Below are positions 49,678 to 61,611 of a stretch of 64,000 nt of DNA, piece after piece (within the stretch, counting starts at the first letter, position 1; the number at the start of each line of letters is the position of its first letter). The stretch lies in NCBI RefSeq assembly GCF_001194135.2, contig NC_069000.1:15032737-15096736 (forward strand), given 5' to 3'. This DNA is from Octopus bimaculoides (lineage: Eukaryota). The position numbers and the translations under genes were made by a program. Below the pieces are notes generated by a model. The model did not search any database and had not been told where the DNA came from. It was given only the letters and a program-made list of their open reading frames with translations.

Positions 49678-50829
49678 CGATAAAATTTTTCTTTTTTTTT
49701 TTGTGTGTGTGCTTTTGATTTGATTTTTTTTTTCTTCCATCCATTTCTTCCAGTTTATTTTTTTTCTTTTGTGTTACATATTTTTAAGATTGTTTGAAGT
49801 TTAATTTTAAAAGTAAACACTTGAAGTCTGACATTATTAATGAAGAAAGACTAGGGAGTAGAATTTGTTGGGTTAATTCTGCTTTTTTTTCTGCAAGAAT
49901 TAGCAAAGTAAATGAAAAGGATTGTCTTTGAAGAAAAATCAAAACCTTGATAATGAGGCTGGTTGTATGTGTGGTGGGGAGAAGAGAGATTGTACCAGAT
50001 TTGAAAGTAACCAAGGACTTGACTTCAATCCCAGATACTTTTCTGTCTGAAAATATTTATAACTCTGCTCTAGGGTCTGTTGGTCAAAAGCTGAACTTGT
50101 TAGACATATGAAATCTCAGCATTTATTAAAGGAAGAGATGGCCTTCTCTTTTTTTCTTTTTGGTGTGTATCTCCTATGTCAGCAGCACCAATTATGAATG
50201 TAAACGTTTCAGCAGTGCTTGCTTCATGGGGTTGGGGGTTGGGGGGTCATCCCAGATTAGTGGTCCCAGAGACACCATCATGTGTAGAGCCAACCAGGTC
50301 CACCAATGTTCTTAATCGCTGGCGGTCCCATGCCAGTAAAAGTAATTACTGGTGGCAATGGTCCTGGCTGGAGTCGATGGAGAGAAGTGGATGGGGGGGA
50401 AAGGTTGGGAAGCATAGATTCTGCAGGTCTCCTTCGCATGTTAGTGCCCTGCCATTGAGAATAACAAGGTGCACAAAAAGGTTTTGCTGCATTAATCCAG
50501 TTCTTAAATGTTTAATCTCAACAGAGTAAACCTAGGATGATCAAAGATGTTCCAGCCATGCCCTTCCCACTTATTTTTGTTTCAGATGTTATGCATTTAC
50601 AATCTCATTATCCAAAGTGTGTCCCACTTTTGTGATTTTCTGCCTAGGCAGCTCCTTTCAAACTGTCCAACCCATGCCAGCATGGAAAGCGGACATTAAA
50701 TGATAAGAGGTTCGGCAAAAGAGACCAATAGAATAAGTACTAGGCATCTAAAGGCTGTGCTCCAGCATGACTGAAACAAGTAAAAGAGTAATACCTTGAA
50801 TATAAAAGCAATTGATTGTTCGATAAAGT

Positions 50830-50835
50830 TTTATT
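50830..50835 (-). terminator. Candidate polyadenylation signal of the FBXL8-like gene
   Basis: TTTATT on + (AATAAA on -) about 100 nt beyond the stop codon. Confidence 0.45.
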
Positions 50836-50935
50836 GCTTGCAAATTTTGTAAAACAAATCTCTTTCTTTTTTACACATTATAAAATGATCGTCCCTTTAA
50901 TTAGTGGTTCCCTTATAAAACACCCTGCTATTTTT

Positions 50936-51851
50936 TTACCAGTAGTCATCTTCAATGCCAACTACCCAAGGTTCAGGTTCCTTTTTGTCTTTGAGAATGT
51001 AATTACCAGTTTCTTTCAGTTTAGGGCACAATTCAAATAATTTTTCTATAACCCACGGCTCCAGGACACAGTAGACATAAAGTTTGCCAAGTTTCTTGCA
51101 ATGTGTAGCCATGTACACGAGAGGTTCATGCAAAGAATTTGAAGATACGGTGCGAAGAACCAAGCTTTGCAATGTGTCAGAATAGTATTTCGCTGTTTGA
51201 ATCACTTCATCATTAAGCATAGTAAATGTGTCTAAATGCAGGTGTGCTACTGGAATTTCAGGTTGCATAATTTCCAGCACACGGTCTTTTGGACAGGTGT
51301 GATCAAATACTAGCTTCACTTCAAGCTGGGGATGAGCTTGTCTGAATGCTGACCAAGCTTCCGGTGAAAGATCAGAGTGATATTTATCTTCGATTCTACA
51401 TTTCAGTGACAAACGTTTCATAGTAGGGGGCCGATTGCTTTCGGCAAATGCAAACAACACTTTGTCTGAAAGACAGGAGTAAAACAGGTGCAGTTCTTGC
51501 AAGTAGTGACAGCGCTGAACTAACCTTAACATGCAATCACAGGTCACTTTGCAAACGAGTACATGGTTTTGTATGTTTAGCATCTGTAGCTTTGGGTTGT
51601 TCTCTGAGAGATAGTCAAAGACAGTGTCATCGTAGGCGACATCAAGGTGCTCTAAACTGATTTGTGTCAATTGAGCAGGAGATTCTTCAGCGTCTTTTAA
51701 CAAGCTGGTATCAAACAACTCTCTTAATGCTTGTACAAACTCTGTACCGGCATAAAACAAAGGGTTCTTCGAAGTAAATATAATAGTGAGAGTCGTAAGG
51801 CGGCGATTTGGTAACAAGGATAGATATTTCAAAAGCTTTATGGAATTTTGT
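50936..51851 (-). CDS. FBXL8: FBXL8-like F-box/LRR protein, coding exon 2
   Basis: ctaatttttacag|A CAA AAT... joins exon 1 in frame (AG+A = Arg); 916 nt; KNPLFYAG, EAWSAFRQAHPQL, QPEIPV and KEPEPW match recalled human FBXL8 motifs (KPLFDAG, EAWVALRRRHPGL, QPAVPV, REPHPW); total 389 aa. Confidence 0.9.
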
Positions 51852-52072
51852 CTGTAAAAATTAGAAAGGGGAAAAAAAAGAATAAAAGATTATTTTGAGT
51901 TTGCAGATGAAATTGACAGCAATGTGTTAATGTAGATGAGATATACATGCTGGGCGAAAATAATGTTGAAGGTAAAAAAAGTCTTCAGAAAAAGTAATTA
52001 CAACTGATTAGAGAATGTTAGGATTCAAAATTGAGGTAATACAGACACATTACAGACTTCTGTAATGCCCAT

Positions 52073-52257
52073 GGGCATATGGTGTAGTGGTTAAGAGCGA
52101 GGGCTACTAACCCCAAGATTCCGAGTTTGATTCCAAGCAGTGACCTGAACAATAATAATAATATCGAGAAATTCCTTTAGGAATGAGAACCCAGGTTCGA
52201 AATTTCCCCAAGACACCCGAAGAAGGCTGGAGAGTATATCAGCCGAAATGTTGTGTT
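52073..52257 (+). mobile_element. tRNA-derived SINE (family G) with hammerhead-like 3' region
   Basis: A box TGGTGTAGTGG, anticodon-like arm GGG-CTACTAA-CCC, B box AGTTTGATTCC, then a unique tail ending in the motif at 52212-52257. Confidence 0.8.
52212..52257 (+). ncRNA. Degenerate minimal type I hammerhead ribozyme motif (Penelope-type)
   Basis: GACAC-CCGAAGA-A-GGCTG-GAGAGTATAT-CAGCC-GAAA-TGT-T-GTGTT: stem I, CUGANGA core with one substitution, 5-bp stem II, GAAA, 2-bp palindromic stem III, NUH. Confidence 0.6.
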
Positions 52258-52267
52258 ATTATTATTA

Positions 52268-52876
52268 AGAAAGCGGTGAGCTGGCAGAATTGTTAGCATA
52301 AGGTCAACTTTGCCTTTCAGGGTTGATAAATTAAGTACCACTGAAACACTGGAGCTGATGTAACCAACTAGTCCCCTTCTTGCAAATTTCAGACCCCGTG
52401 CCTTTAGTAGAAAGGATTATTGTCATTATTAAGGTGGTGAGCTGGCAGAATTGTTAGCATGCCGGCCAAAATGCCTAGCAGCATTTCGTCTGTCTTTCCG
52501 TTCTGAGTTCAACTTTGCCTTTTATCCTTTCAGGGTCAATTAAATAAGTACCAGTTATGCATTGGAGTCGATGTAATTGAGTTACCTTCTCCCCACAAAT
52601 TTCAGGCCTTGTAGCTATAATAGAAATTATTATTATTATTATTATTAAAGTGTCAGGTTGGCAGAATTGTTAGCATACTGTGCAAAATGCTTCATGGCAT
52701 TTTGCCTGTCTTTATGTGCTGAGTTCAACTTTGCCTTTCATCCTTTTGGGACTGATAAATTAGATACCCGTGGAATACTGGGGGTTGATGTTATCGACTT
52801 AACCCCTCCCTCAAAATTTCAAGCCTTGTGCCTATTGTAGAAAGGATGATGATGATTATCATTATTAATGTTGTTG

Positions 52877-52916
<40 letters not shown>

Positions 52917-53150
52917 GGTGGTGAGCTGGCAGAATTAACAATGCTGGGCAAAATGCTTAGCTGCATTTTGTTTGTACATTCTGAGTTCAAATGCCACTGA
53001 AGTTGACTTTGCCTTTCAACCTTTTGGTGTTGATAAACAAAGTACCAGTTATATACTGGGGGTCAATGTAATCGACTTACCTGCCTTCCCTGAAATTGCT
53101 GGCCTTGTGCCAAAATTTGAAATTATTATTATTATTATTATTATTACTAC
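52268..53150 (+). mobile_element. Tandem array of four SINE family D copies ((ATT)n tail) filling the FBXL8 coding intron
   Basis: Repeated AAGG(C/T)GG(T)GAGCTGGCAGAA...TTCTGAGTTCAA...GACTTTGCCTTTCATCC...AAATTTCAGGCCTTGTG...(ATT)n at about 52268, 52431, 52648 and 52915; many other copies (18310, 22290, 25300, 31880, 33020, 35990, 36140, 37845, 62700). Confidence 0.88.
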
Positions 53151-53223
53151 TATTTCCTTTCATGGACCTTCATGTTTCCATTTGGTTAAGACTTATTTTT
53201 GTTTACTATGATGATGATGTTAC

Positions 53224-53477
53224 CTGTTGTGTTCTTCACTTTGATCTAACACCACAGTTAGATGCTTGAAAAAATGTCCATATTCATTCAAGGAACCGAG
53301 AAGAGCTTGATTTCTTTCAGACAAGAACTTAAAGACCACGGTATGCCACAGGCACGAAGAGTGAAAACAATTGTTCCAAGCTTTACACGTCAAAGAGGCA
53401 TGGTAACGGTCTGTGAGTTGAAGGAGCTTTGACATAATCTGGATAACGATGTGTTCTGGTAACGAACTCCAATCCAT
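53224..53477 (-). CDS. FBXL8: FBXL8-like F-box/LRR protein, coding exon 1 (F-box)
   Basis: Minus strand: ttgtttgtag|gtcccaccATGG (acceptor 8 nt before a CCACCATGG Kozak start at 53477); MDWSSLPEHIVIQIMSKLLQLTDRYHASLTCKAWNNCF is an F-box; donor AACAG|gtaaac at 53224; 254 nt. Confidence 0.92.
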
Positions 53478-53587
53478 GGTGGGACCTACAAATAAACAAA
53501 TAAACAAAAGTAGTCATGATGCGTTTGGTGGTGTAATCTTGTACATGTTCAACTTTTGCAAGAGACTACTGGGACACAATATGTTCA

Positions 53588-54240
53588 GGACAAGGCCAGC
53601 AATTTCGCGGGGTGGGGGTACTGGTATTTATTTTATCATCCCTGAAAGGATAAAAGCAAAGTTGACCTCAGTGGAATTTGAACTCAGAATGTAAAGACGG
53701 ACAATATGCCGCTAAGCATTTTACCCAGCGTGCTAATGATTCTGCCAGTTCGCTGCCTTAATAATAATAATTATCATTATTATAATAATCCTTTCTACTA
53801 AAGGCACGATGCCTGAAATTTGTGGGGAGGGGACTAGTTGATGACATCAACCCCAGTGATTCACTGGTACTTAATTTATCAATCCCGAAAGGATAATAAT
53901 AATAATAATAATAATAATCCTTTCTATTAAAGGCCCAAGGCCTGAAATTTAGTGAGAGGGGACTAGTCGATTACATTGACCCTCCCAGTGTGTAACTGGT
54001 ACTTATTTTATTGACCCTGAAAAGATGAAAGGCAAAGTTGACCTCTGCGGAATTTGAACTCGGAACGTAAAGATGAACAAAATGCCACCAAGCATTTTGC
54101 CTGGAATGCTAAAGATTCTGCCAGTTAGAAGAAAAAGGAGGAGAATAATAATAATAATAATAATGGCACAAGACCAGCAATTTCAGGAGAGGGGATAAGT
54201 TGATTACATTGACCCCCAATGCTCAACTGGCAACTTATTT
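53588..54240 (-). mobile_element. Array of three to four SINE family D copies in reverse orientation
   Basis: Reverse-complement family D blocks at about 53588-53760, 53775-53900, 53910-54125, 54165-54240. Confidence 0.85.
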
Positions 54241-55154
54241 CCCAGAGAGAAATATACCATATGTTTCCCCCTAGGGAAATATACCATATTTGATGATAAG
54301 ACTCCTATCTCTATTCCTCTATTGTTCTTTTTAGTCACCTCCTTAAATACTACTTCTTATGCCAGTCAAGGGATCTTTGTCTTGCAAGTTAACTTGGTGA
54401 CCCCGCTGGTGCAGGTGCCATGCAAAAAGTACCCAGTAGACTCTGTAAAGTGGTTGGCATTAGGAAAGACATCCAACCACAGAATCCATGCAAAAACAGA
54501 CAATTGAGCTAAGTACAGTCGTCTTGGAATGCCAGCTCTTGTCAAACAATCCAAACCAGTGCCAGCATAAAAAATGGACATTAAATGATGATGATGATGA
54601 GGTATGCTTTGTTTTTCACCCCCAAAAATGTCTCCAAAAAAAAATCACCCTGGGTTCTATTTGTGAAGTTGGGCCTACCATAAGCATCTTTAATGCACTC
54701 AAATCCTTTTCTTGATTATTTGCTGCTGAAATTAGGGTATGTCAAACATTCCCCTGTGTCTTTCATGCTGTCAAATAATGTGTTTCTTAAGTGTGATTGT
54801 ATCAGTGAAAATGTTGGCTTTTGTAGCTTGTGGGCAATATCTTTTCACAAGTAGTAACAATGAAGGTAGCCAGAAATTATTAGCTCATACTTGTGAAGAA
54901 AGGTCATGTTTAGAATTCTTTTTATGAATAGACAGAAGTTATTCCATATTTGTAAAAGGAATGTCAGGTTTAAAATTCTTTTTAGAAATTGATCTATTTT
55001 GTACATTCAACCAAATTTAGTGCATGGTGTTGCTCCAGCATGACTGCAAATGCATGGCTGAAATGAATATAAGAATATACAGGCAATAAATGAGAGCTAT
55101 TCTGGGCTCCCTGAAACAGCTGTTAAGCTAAAAAATTACATATTCTATTCTGCA

Positions 55155-55689
55155 CTTGGTTTCCACGCTTTAGGAATGGTCACTTGTCACTTGAAGACCA
55201 ACCTTGTTCAGGGCATCCGTTGACCTCCCAAACGAATGAAAGCATCATGAAAATTCATGAACTGATGATATGACTGGTATATACTGGAGCTCCTGCCAAC
55301 GAATTTTGACCGAGGAACTGTGAATGAAAAGAGTTGCAGCTAAATTTTTGCCTCGCTTGCTCACGGACGATCAAAAGCAGTCATGACTGAATGCGTGCCG
55401 TGAACCTTCTCTTGAATTGGTCTGTACCTTTTCTCAAAGGTCATCACTGGTGATAAAAGCTGATGCTATGGAATTTGCAGATGTGGAAGAGGTGAAGAAA
55501 AAAATGATGAAGGCATTAAAAGGTATCACTCTGCAAGAGTTCCAGCACTGCTTCGAACAGTGGAAAATGCATCTGGACCAATGCATTGCTTCAAATGGAG
55601 AATAATTTGAAGGCGATAAAAGTGCAAACGTGTAAAATTAAGTGAATAAAATAATATTGCAAAATTCCGGTTTCATTTGGGTACCCCCT

Positions 55690-55693
<4 letters not shown>
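55155..55693 (+). mobile_element. Degenerate mariner element with right end
   Basis: Fragments KRVAAKFLPRLLTDDQK, VITGD, ITLQEFQHCFEQWK..LDQCIASNGE; ends TTCATTTGGGTACCCCCTCC-TA. Confidence 0.78.
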
Positions 55694-55727
<34 letters not shown>

Positions 55728-57039
55728 TTAGTTTTATCTGGTATTTCAGATGATTTCAAGGACAGACTGTCTCATTACTGTATTTTGTTTTATAACACAA
55801 AAATGCAGATGAGCTTAATATGAAAGTACCTTTTAAGTACAAATCAGTTCCCACCTAAAAAANNNNNNNNNNNNNNNNNNNNNNNNNNNNNNNNNNNNNN
55901 NNNNNNNNNNNNNNNNNNNNNNNNNNNNNNNNNNNNNNNNNNNNNNNNNNNNNNNNNNNNNNNNNNNNNNNNNNNNNNNNNNNNNNNNNNNNNNNNNNNN
56001 NNNNNNNNNNNNNNNNNNNNNNNNNNNNNNNNNNNNNNNNNNNNNNNNNNNNNNNNNNNNNNNNNNNNNNNNNNNNNNNNNNNNNNNNNNNNNNNNNNNN
56101 NNNNNNNNNNNNNNNNNNNNNNNNNNNNNNNNNNNNNNNNNNNNNNNNNNNNNNNNNNNNNNNNNNNNNNNNNNNNNNNNNNNNNNNNNNNNNNNNNNNN
56201 NNNNNNNNNNNNNNNNNNNNNNNNNNNNNNNNNNNNNNNNNNNNNNNNNNNNNNNNNNNNNNNNNNNNNNNNNNNNNNNNNNNNNNNNNNNNNNNNNNNN
56301 NNNNNNNNNNNNNNNNNNNNNNNNNNNNNNNNNNNNNNNNNNNNNNNNNNNNNNNNNNNNNNNNNNNNNNNNNNNNNNNNNNNNNNNNNNNNNNNNNNNN
56401 NNNNNNNNNNNNNNNNNNNNNNNNNNNNNNNNNNNNNNNNNNNNNNNNNNNNNNCCCCCCCCCCATCGCTTGACAACCGATGCTGGTGTGTCTACGTCCC
56501 CGTAACTTAGTAGTTCGGCAAAAGAGACCGATAGAATAAGTACTAGGCTTACAAAGAATAAGTCCTGGGGTCAATTTGCTCGACTAAAGGCGGTGCTCCA
56601 GCATGGCCGCAGTCAAATGACTGAAACAAGTAAAAAAGTAGAGTAAAAGAGTATACCTGAAAACACACTCAGATGTATATTCTCAGGTACATAAATAATC
56701 ATGTAGAGGTACACATGCCTGAAAACACACACACACACACACATGGGAATCAAGAAATATAAGTAATTCTTTTAGAAAATAAATGACAGCCAAATTTTTC
56801 AGGAAAATCCATCCCACGCTTCCACCTCTGTTATCTTAGCAAATAACTAGACCTCGTTGGTCTTTCTGCATTTTCTAAGACAGGTTTTTTTATGTGTGAC
56901 TTACGTTCAGCCTGAAGCTCTATGTGCATTGTAATGGTTATATATAGAACAAGCTAGGGTGGAAACAGTTTTATGTAACAAAGCAGTTAGAGATAATACT
57001 TTGGAAGAAAGCTGTGTGGTTGTCTTTACAATGCATATC

Positions 57040-57283
57040 ACAATGTGTGTGAAGGCGTGTATGTGTGAATGTACATGTGTGTGTATGAATTTGTGTGTGT
57101 GTGAGTGTACATGCATGTGTGTATATGAATTTGTGTGTGAATGTACATGTATGTGCGTGTGTACGTATATGAATTTATGTGTGAGTGAACTTGGATTTGT
57201 GTGTGTGTGAATGTGCTTGAATTTATGTGTGTGTGAATGTGTATGTGTGTATGAATTTATGTGAGTGTGTGAGTGTGTCTGTG

Positions 57284-57319
<36 letters not shown>

Positions 57320-57376
57320 CTTGAATTTATGTGGGCACGAATTTGTGTATGTGTGTGTGTATGTGTGCAAGAATTT

Positions 57377-57410
<34 letters not shown>

Positions 57411-57465
57411 ATGAATTTATATGTATGCGCATGAATTTATGTACAAGTGTGTGTGTGTGTGTAAG
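57040..57465 (+). repeat. (TG)n-derived minisatellite punctuated by GAATTT
   Basis: Recurring TGAATTT(A/G)TGTGTG units. Confidence 0.9.
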
Positions 57466-58637
57466 TTGTTTAACCCCAGGTCAGCTCTGATTGGACAGAC
57501 AGACAGACAGACAATGGTTTCAAATTTAGGTATTCAGTTACAAACAAGGTTAGCAATTTTTTTTTTTTTTGAGGGGGTGGTCACACTTAGTCACCATCAT
57601 CAACCTTTGTACTTGACTAGCATTTTATTTAAGTGACTCTTGAAAAGAATGTGTGTGTGTGCATGTGCACATGTGTGTCTGCCTATATCTGTATGCTTTA
57701 ATGCATAATGAGTTGTACCTGTAATTCAATGGTCCAGCCTTGTCACATTCTTTGTCATGCTGAATCTCCCTGAGAATTACATTGAAGGTTCATGTGTCTG
57801 TGGATTACTCAGTCACTTGTATGTTAATTTCATGAACAGGCTGTTCTGTTGATTGGATCAAATTGAACCCTTGTCATTGGAACCGACAGAGTACCAGATA
57901 ATGTAAAACGTAGATGCTAGTATGTTGTGTATTGATTTCTGTTCTGTTATATCAGCATTAAACATTTTTTGTTGTTTTCTTCGTTTATAATAATTAATGC
58001 AATTAACGAAGTAATTAGCAAATGTCTCCATGAACAATGACTCATAAAGTCTGGCTTTAATCTGGAATTTACTCCCTCTCTATGTGTATGAATGATACAC
58101 TCCACCTTCCCCCTTTCTGAAGAGGTGACAGGACAACCAGCTCATGGGACAAGTGTTCTTGTCTCTCACAGGTAGTGTTTTAATGTGCATTTCGCAGCAA
58201 AAGAAGATGTGTGGTTAAGACGTTTGACTCCTAACCACATGGTTTCAGGTTCAGTCCCCACAGCATAGCACTTTGGGTAAGTGTCTTCAGACAATTCTTC
58301 TGGCTCTTTATGTTCTGAGTTCAAATCCTGGCTAGCATTGCCTTTTGTCTTTTACAGGTTCAATAAAATAAAGCACCAGTCAAGTGCCAGGGTTAATATG
58401 ATCAACTAATCTCACTCTCCCTAACATTGCTGGCCTTGTGCCAAAATTTAAAACATGGCTCAGAGCTTAGACCGTTGGGATCACAATCACAAGGTAGTGA
58501 GTTCAATTCCTGGACTGGGCTGTGTGTTGTGTTCTTGAGCAAGACACTTTATTTCACTGACAAGCAAATCTGCAGTATTGAGCAGAATATCTGCTAACGA
58601 TTCTACCAGCTCGCTGTCTTCTCTTGCTCAATATCCT

Positions 58638-59870
58638 GTAGTGTGGTTTATGGTCTAGTCACCTGTATTGTAAATCAGGTGATTCATGAAAGAGTCATAC
58701 CCAATGATTGGTGTAGCAGCACCATAGTCAACTGCTACAAAGGTAAAGGTGATGCCTTAGATAGAAATAATTACAGAGGTAGCAAATTGTTGGATCATGT
58801 GATGAAAGTTACGGAGAGAGTCATAGCCCAATTAATTAGGGAGAGAGTTAGTCTAGATGAGATGCAGTTTGGCTTTGTGCCTGGTCAAAGCACCACAGAT
58901 GCTATATTTCTGGTAAGGCAACTGCAGAAGAAATACCTAGCCAAAGATAAACATCTGTACTTGGCTTTTGTTGACTTGGAGAAACCTTTTGTCAGAGTCC
59001 CCGGATCCCTTATCTGGTGATCAATGCGGAAACTAGGGATAGAGGAGTGGTTGGTGAGAGCTGTACAAGCCTTGTACAGGAACAGTACCAGTAAGGTGAG
59101 GGTGGGCAATGAGTACAGTGAAGATTTCTGGGTACAAGTAGGGGTTCACCAAGGATCGGTGCTCAGTTCCCCTTTGTTCATCAATCCTCCAGGCAATAAC
59201 AGAGGAATTCAAGATAGGCTGTCCTTGGGAGTTCCTTTATGCTGATGACCTTGTTCTTATAGCTGAATCACTACCTGAGCTAGAGAAGAAGTTCCAGGTA
59301 TGGAAACAAGGTCTAGAATCAAAGGGCCTTAGAGTTAACCTAGCAAAAACCAAAGTCATAGTAAGTAGGAAGGCAAACAAATCACAGATCCTCTCAGGTA
59401 AATGGCCCTGCTCAATCTGTAGAAAAGGTGTAGGTAGAAACTCCCTAAGATGCACCCAGTGTAAGCTTTGGACACACAAAAGATGCAACAACATCAAAGG
59501 AACATTAACAGGAAACTAACTTTTGTATGTGGAAGGTGTACAAGCATAATAAATGCTGAACATATGCAGAAAATAGACTCCATCAACTGCCAGAGGCGCA
59601 AGCTAGAGGTAGCAGATAGCTTCTGGTATCTAGGTGACCAGGTTAGTAGGGGAGGTGGATGTTCTGAGAGCATAGCCGTGACAATAAGATTACGTTGGGC
59701 AAAGTTCAGAGAGCTCCTACCTCTGCTGGCAGCAAAAAGCCTCTCTCAGAGGAAAAACCAAATTGTTTGATGCCTGTGTGTGAACAGCTATGTTGGATGA
59801 CAGTGAAATATGGGCTATAACACCCACGGACATGCATAGGATTGAGAGAAATTAAGTCAGTATGCTTCAC
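58638..59870 (+). mobile_element. RTE-clade LINE remnant (disrupted reverse transcriptase with PHD-like finger)
   Basis: QFGFVPGQSTTDAIF, AFVDLEK, GVHQGSVLS, LYADDL (about 59232-59251), TKV and YLGD motifs; in-frame TGA near 59018 and frameshifts. Confidence 0.92.
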
Positions 59871-59889
59871 TGGGGAGGGGGGGGGGTGA

Positions 59890-60830
59890 ATGGAAAATCC
59901 GTCGTCATTGCCCGAAGAAGTAGTGGTGTGGGGAATCATAGATTTTCAAATTTCTTTTTTTTTTTCTTATAAAAAGTCTTCTTCCCCATCATTTTGAAGT
60001 GCGTGATGAAAACAAAAATTTAAAAATCTCCGTCAAAACGGAGGATATCCAGCTTATGTGGGTAAGCTATTCCGAAACTGTCAATTTCTTAACGGTTCAA
60101 AATCCGTCCTATATATAAGTGTGTGTATGCGAACAAACCAGTCTGGTAATCAAAATCTTGTATTTTTTTTTTTGTTCAGTTTGGTGCTTGAGTAAAATAA
60201 CAACAGTTTCGAACAGACACACTCACTCAATTACACACACACACACACAAACATACGTACACACTCTACATCATCAGCGTACACACACACGCACTCACAC
60301 TCTAAACCATGTCGGTTCTCTTCGTATGTCTGTATATGTATACAGACTATCGTAATTCATGAGTAAAAAGCAAGCAACAGAACCGGCAAGAAGTATATCA
60401 CGGATATAAGTAATTTGAGATTAAAAACTCTTAATTTACTGTAGAAGAGTCAGGCTTGTCAACGACAGACGAAATAATTTCTCATAACAACTACACACAC
60501 ACACATTATAGTATACTTTTAAACCTTAGTTTTATTAGTTGTAGTTTTTTTACCTTTTAAAGTAACGAGGGAAAAGAAGATGGAGTTGATAAGTGAATCG
60601 TATTTTAAAATCGAGGATATTTTGTTTCAAGCGAATAATAATTCGTATTTACTGTAGAAACGAAGAATAGAAATTGTTATACGTATAAATAGATATAAAT
60701 TCGAGTATATATTTCAAACGTATTTTGCCTCAAAATTGTTATTTACCTGGGAATCTACGCTGCAGAAGTCTTGAAGTTGTTTACTGTTCATCGCAGAAAA
60801 CCCACAAAAGACATAAATGAAAAAACTAAA
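59890..60830. promoter_or_regulatory. CpG-retaining non-repetitive segment, candidate promoter / first exon (possibly of FBXL8-like)
   Basis: Visibly more CG dinucleotides than neighbouring introns; minus-strand donor CCCAG|GTAAAT with exon end at 60747; FBXL8 needs an upstream 5'UTR exon. Confidence 0.35.
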
Positions 60831-61611
60831 ACAAATATGAGAGTAATAAAATGCAGGGGAGGTTACTCTGACCAAGGTCGACAACTTGTATATTATACTC
60901 TAAAATTTAGTTCCGTTTGTTTTTTACTATTTTCTTTTCTTTTACTCTTTTACTTGTTTCAGTCATTTGACTGTGGCCATGCTGGAGCACCGCCTTTAGT
61001 CGAGCAAATAGACCCCAAGACTTATTCCTTGTAAGCCTAGTACTTATTCTATCGGTCTCTTTTGCCGAACCGCTAGATTACAGGGGCGTAAACACACCAG
61101 CATCGGTTAAAACGCAAATTTAATATAAAAATATATTTTCTGAAATTGCAAATGATTTAAAGTATAAAAAATATAATTTTCAACAGAGAGAATTTATCAA
61201 AATAGATAACAAATGAAGTTTGAAGTTAAGNNNNNNNNNNNNNNNNNNNNNNNNNNNNNNNNNNNNNNNNNNNNNNNNNNNNNNNNNNNNNNNNNNNNNN
61301 NNNNNNNNNNNNNNNNNNNNNNNNNNNNNNNNNNNNNNNNNNNNNNNNNNNNNNNNNNNNNNNNNNNNNNNNNNNNNNNNNNNNNNNNNNNNNNNNNNNN
61401 NNNNNNNNNNNNNNNNNNNNNNNNNNNNNNNNNNNNNNNNNNNNNNNNNNNNNNNNNNNNNNNNNNNNNNNNNNNNNNNNNNNNNNNNNNNNNNNNNNNN
61501 NNNNNNNNNNNNNNNNNNNNNNNNNNNNNNNNNNNNNNNNNNNNNNNNNNNNNNNNNNNNNNNNNNNNNNNNNNNNNNNNNNNNNNNNNNNNNNNNNNNN
61601 NCCCGATGACC

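Noticed and set aside
52073-52140. tRNA genes at SINE heads (also 39208, 5318, 20570, 24951)
   Set aside because: A and B boxes are present but no acceptor stem closes, and each continues into a repeated SINE body.
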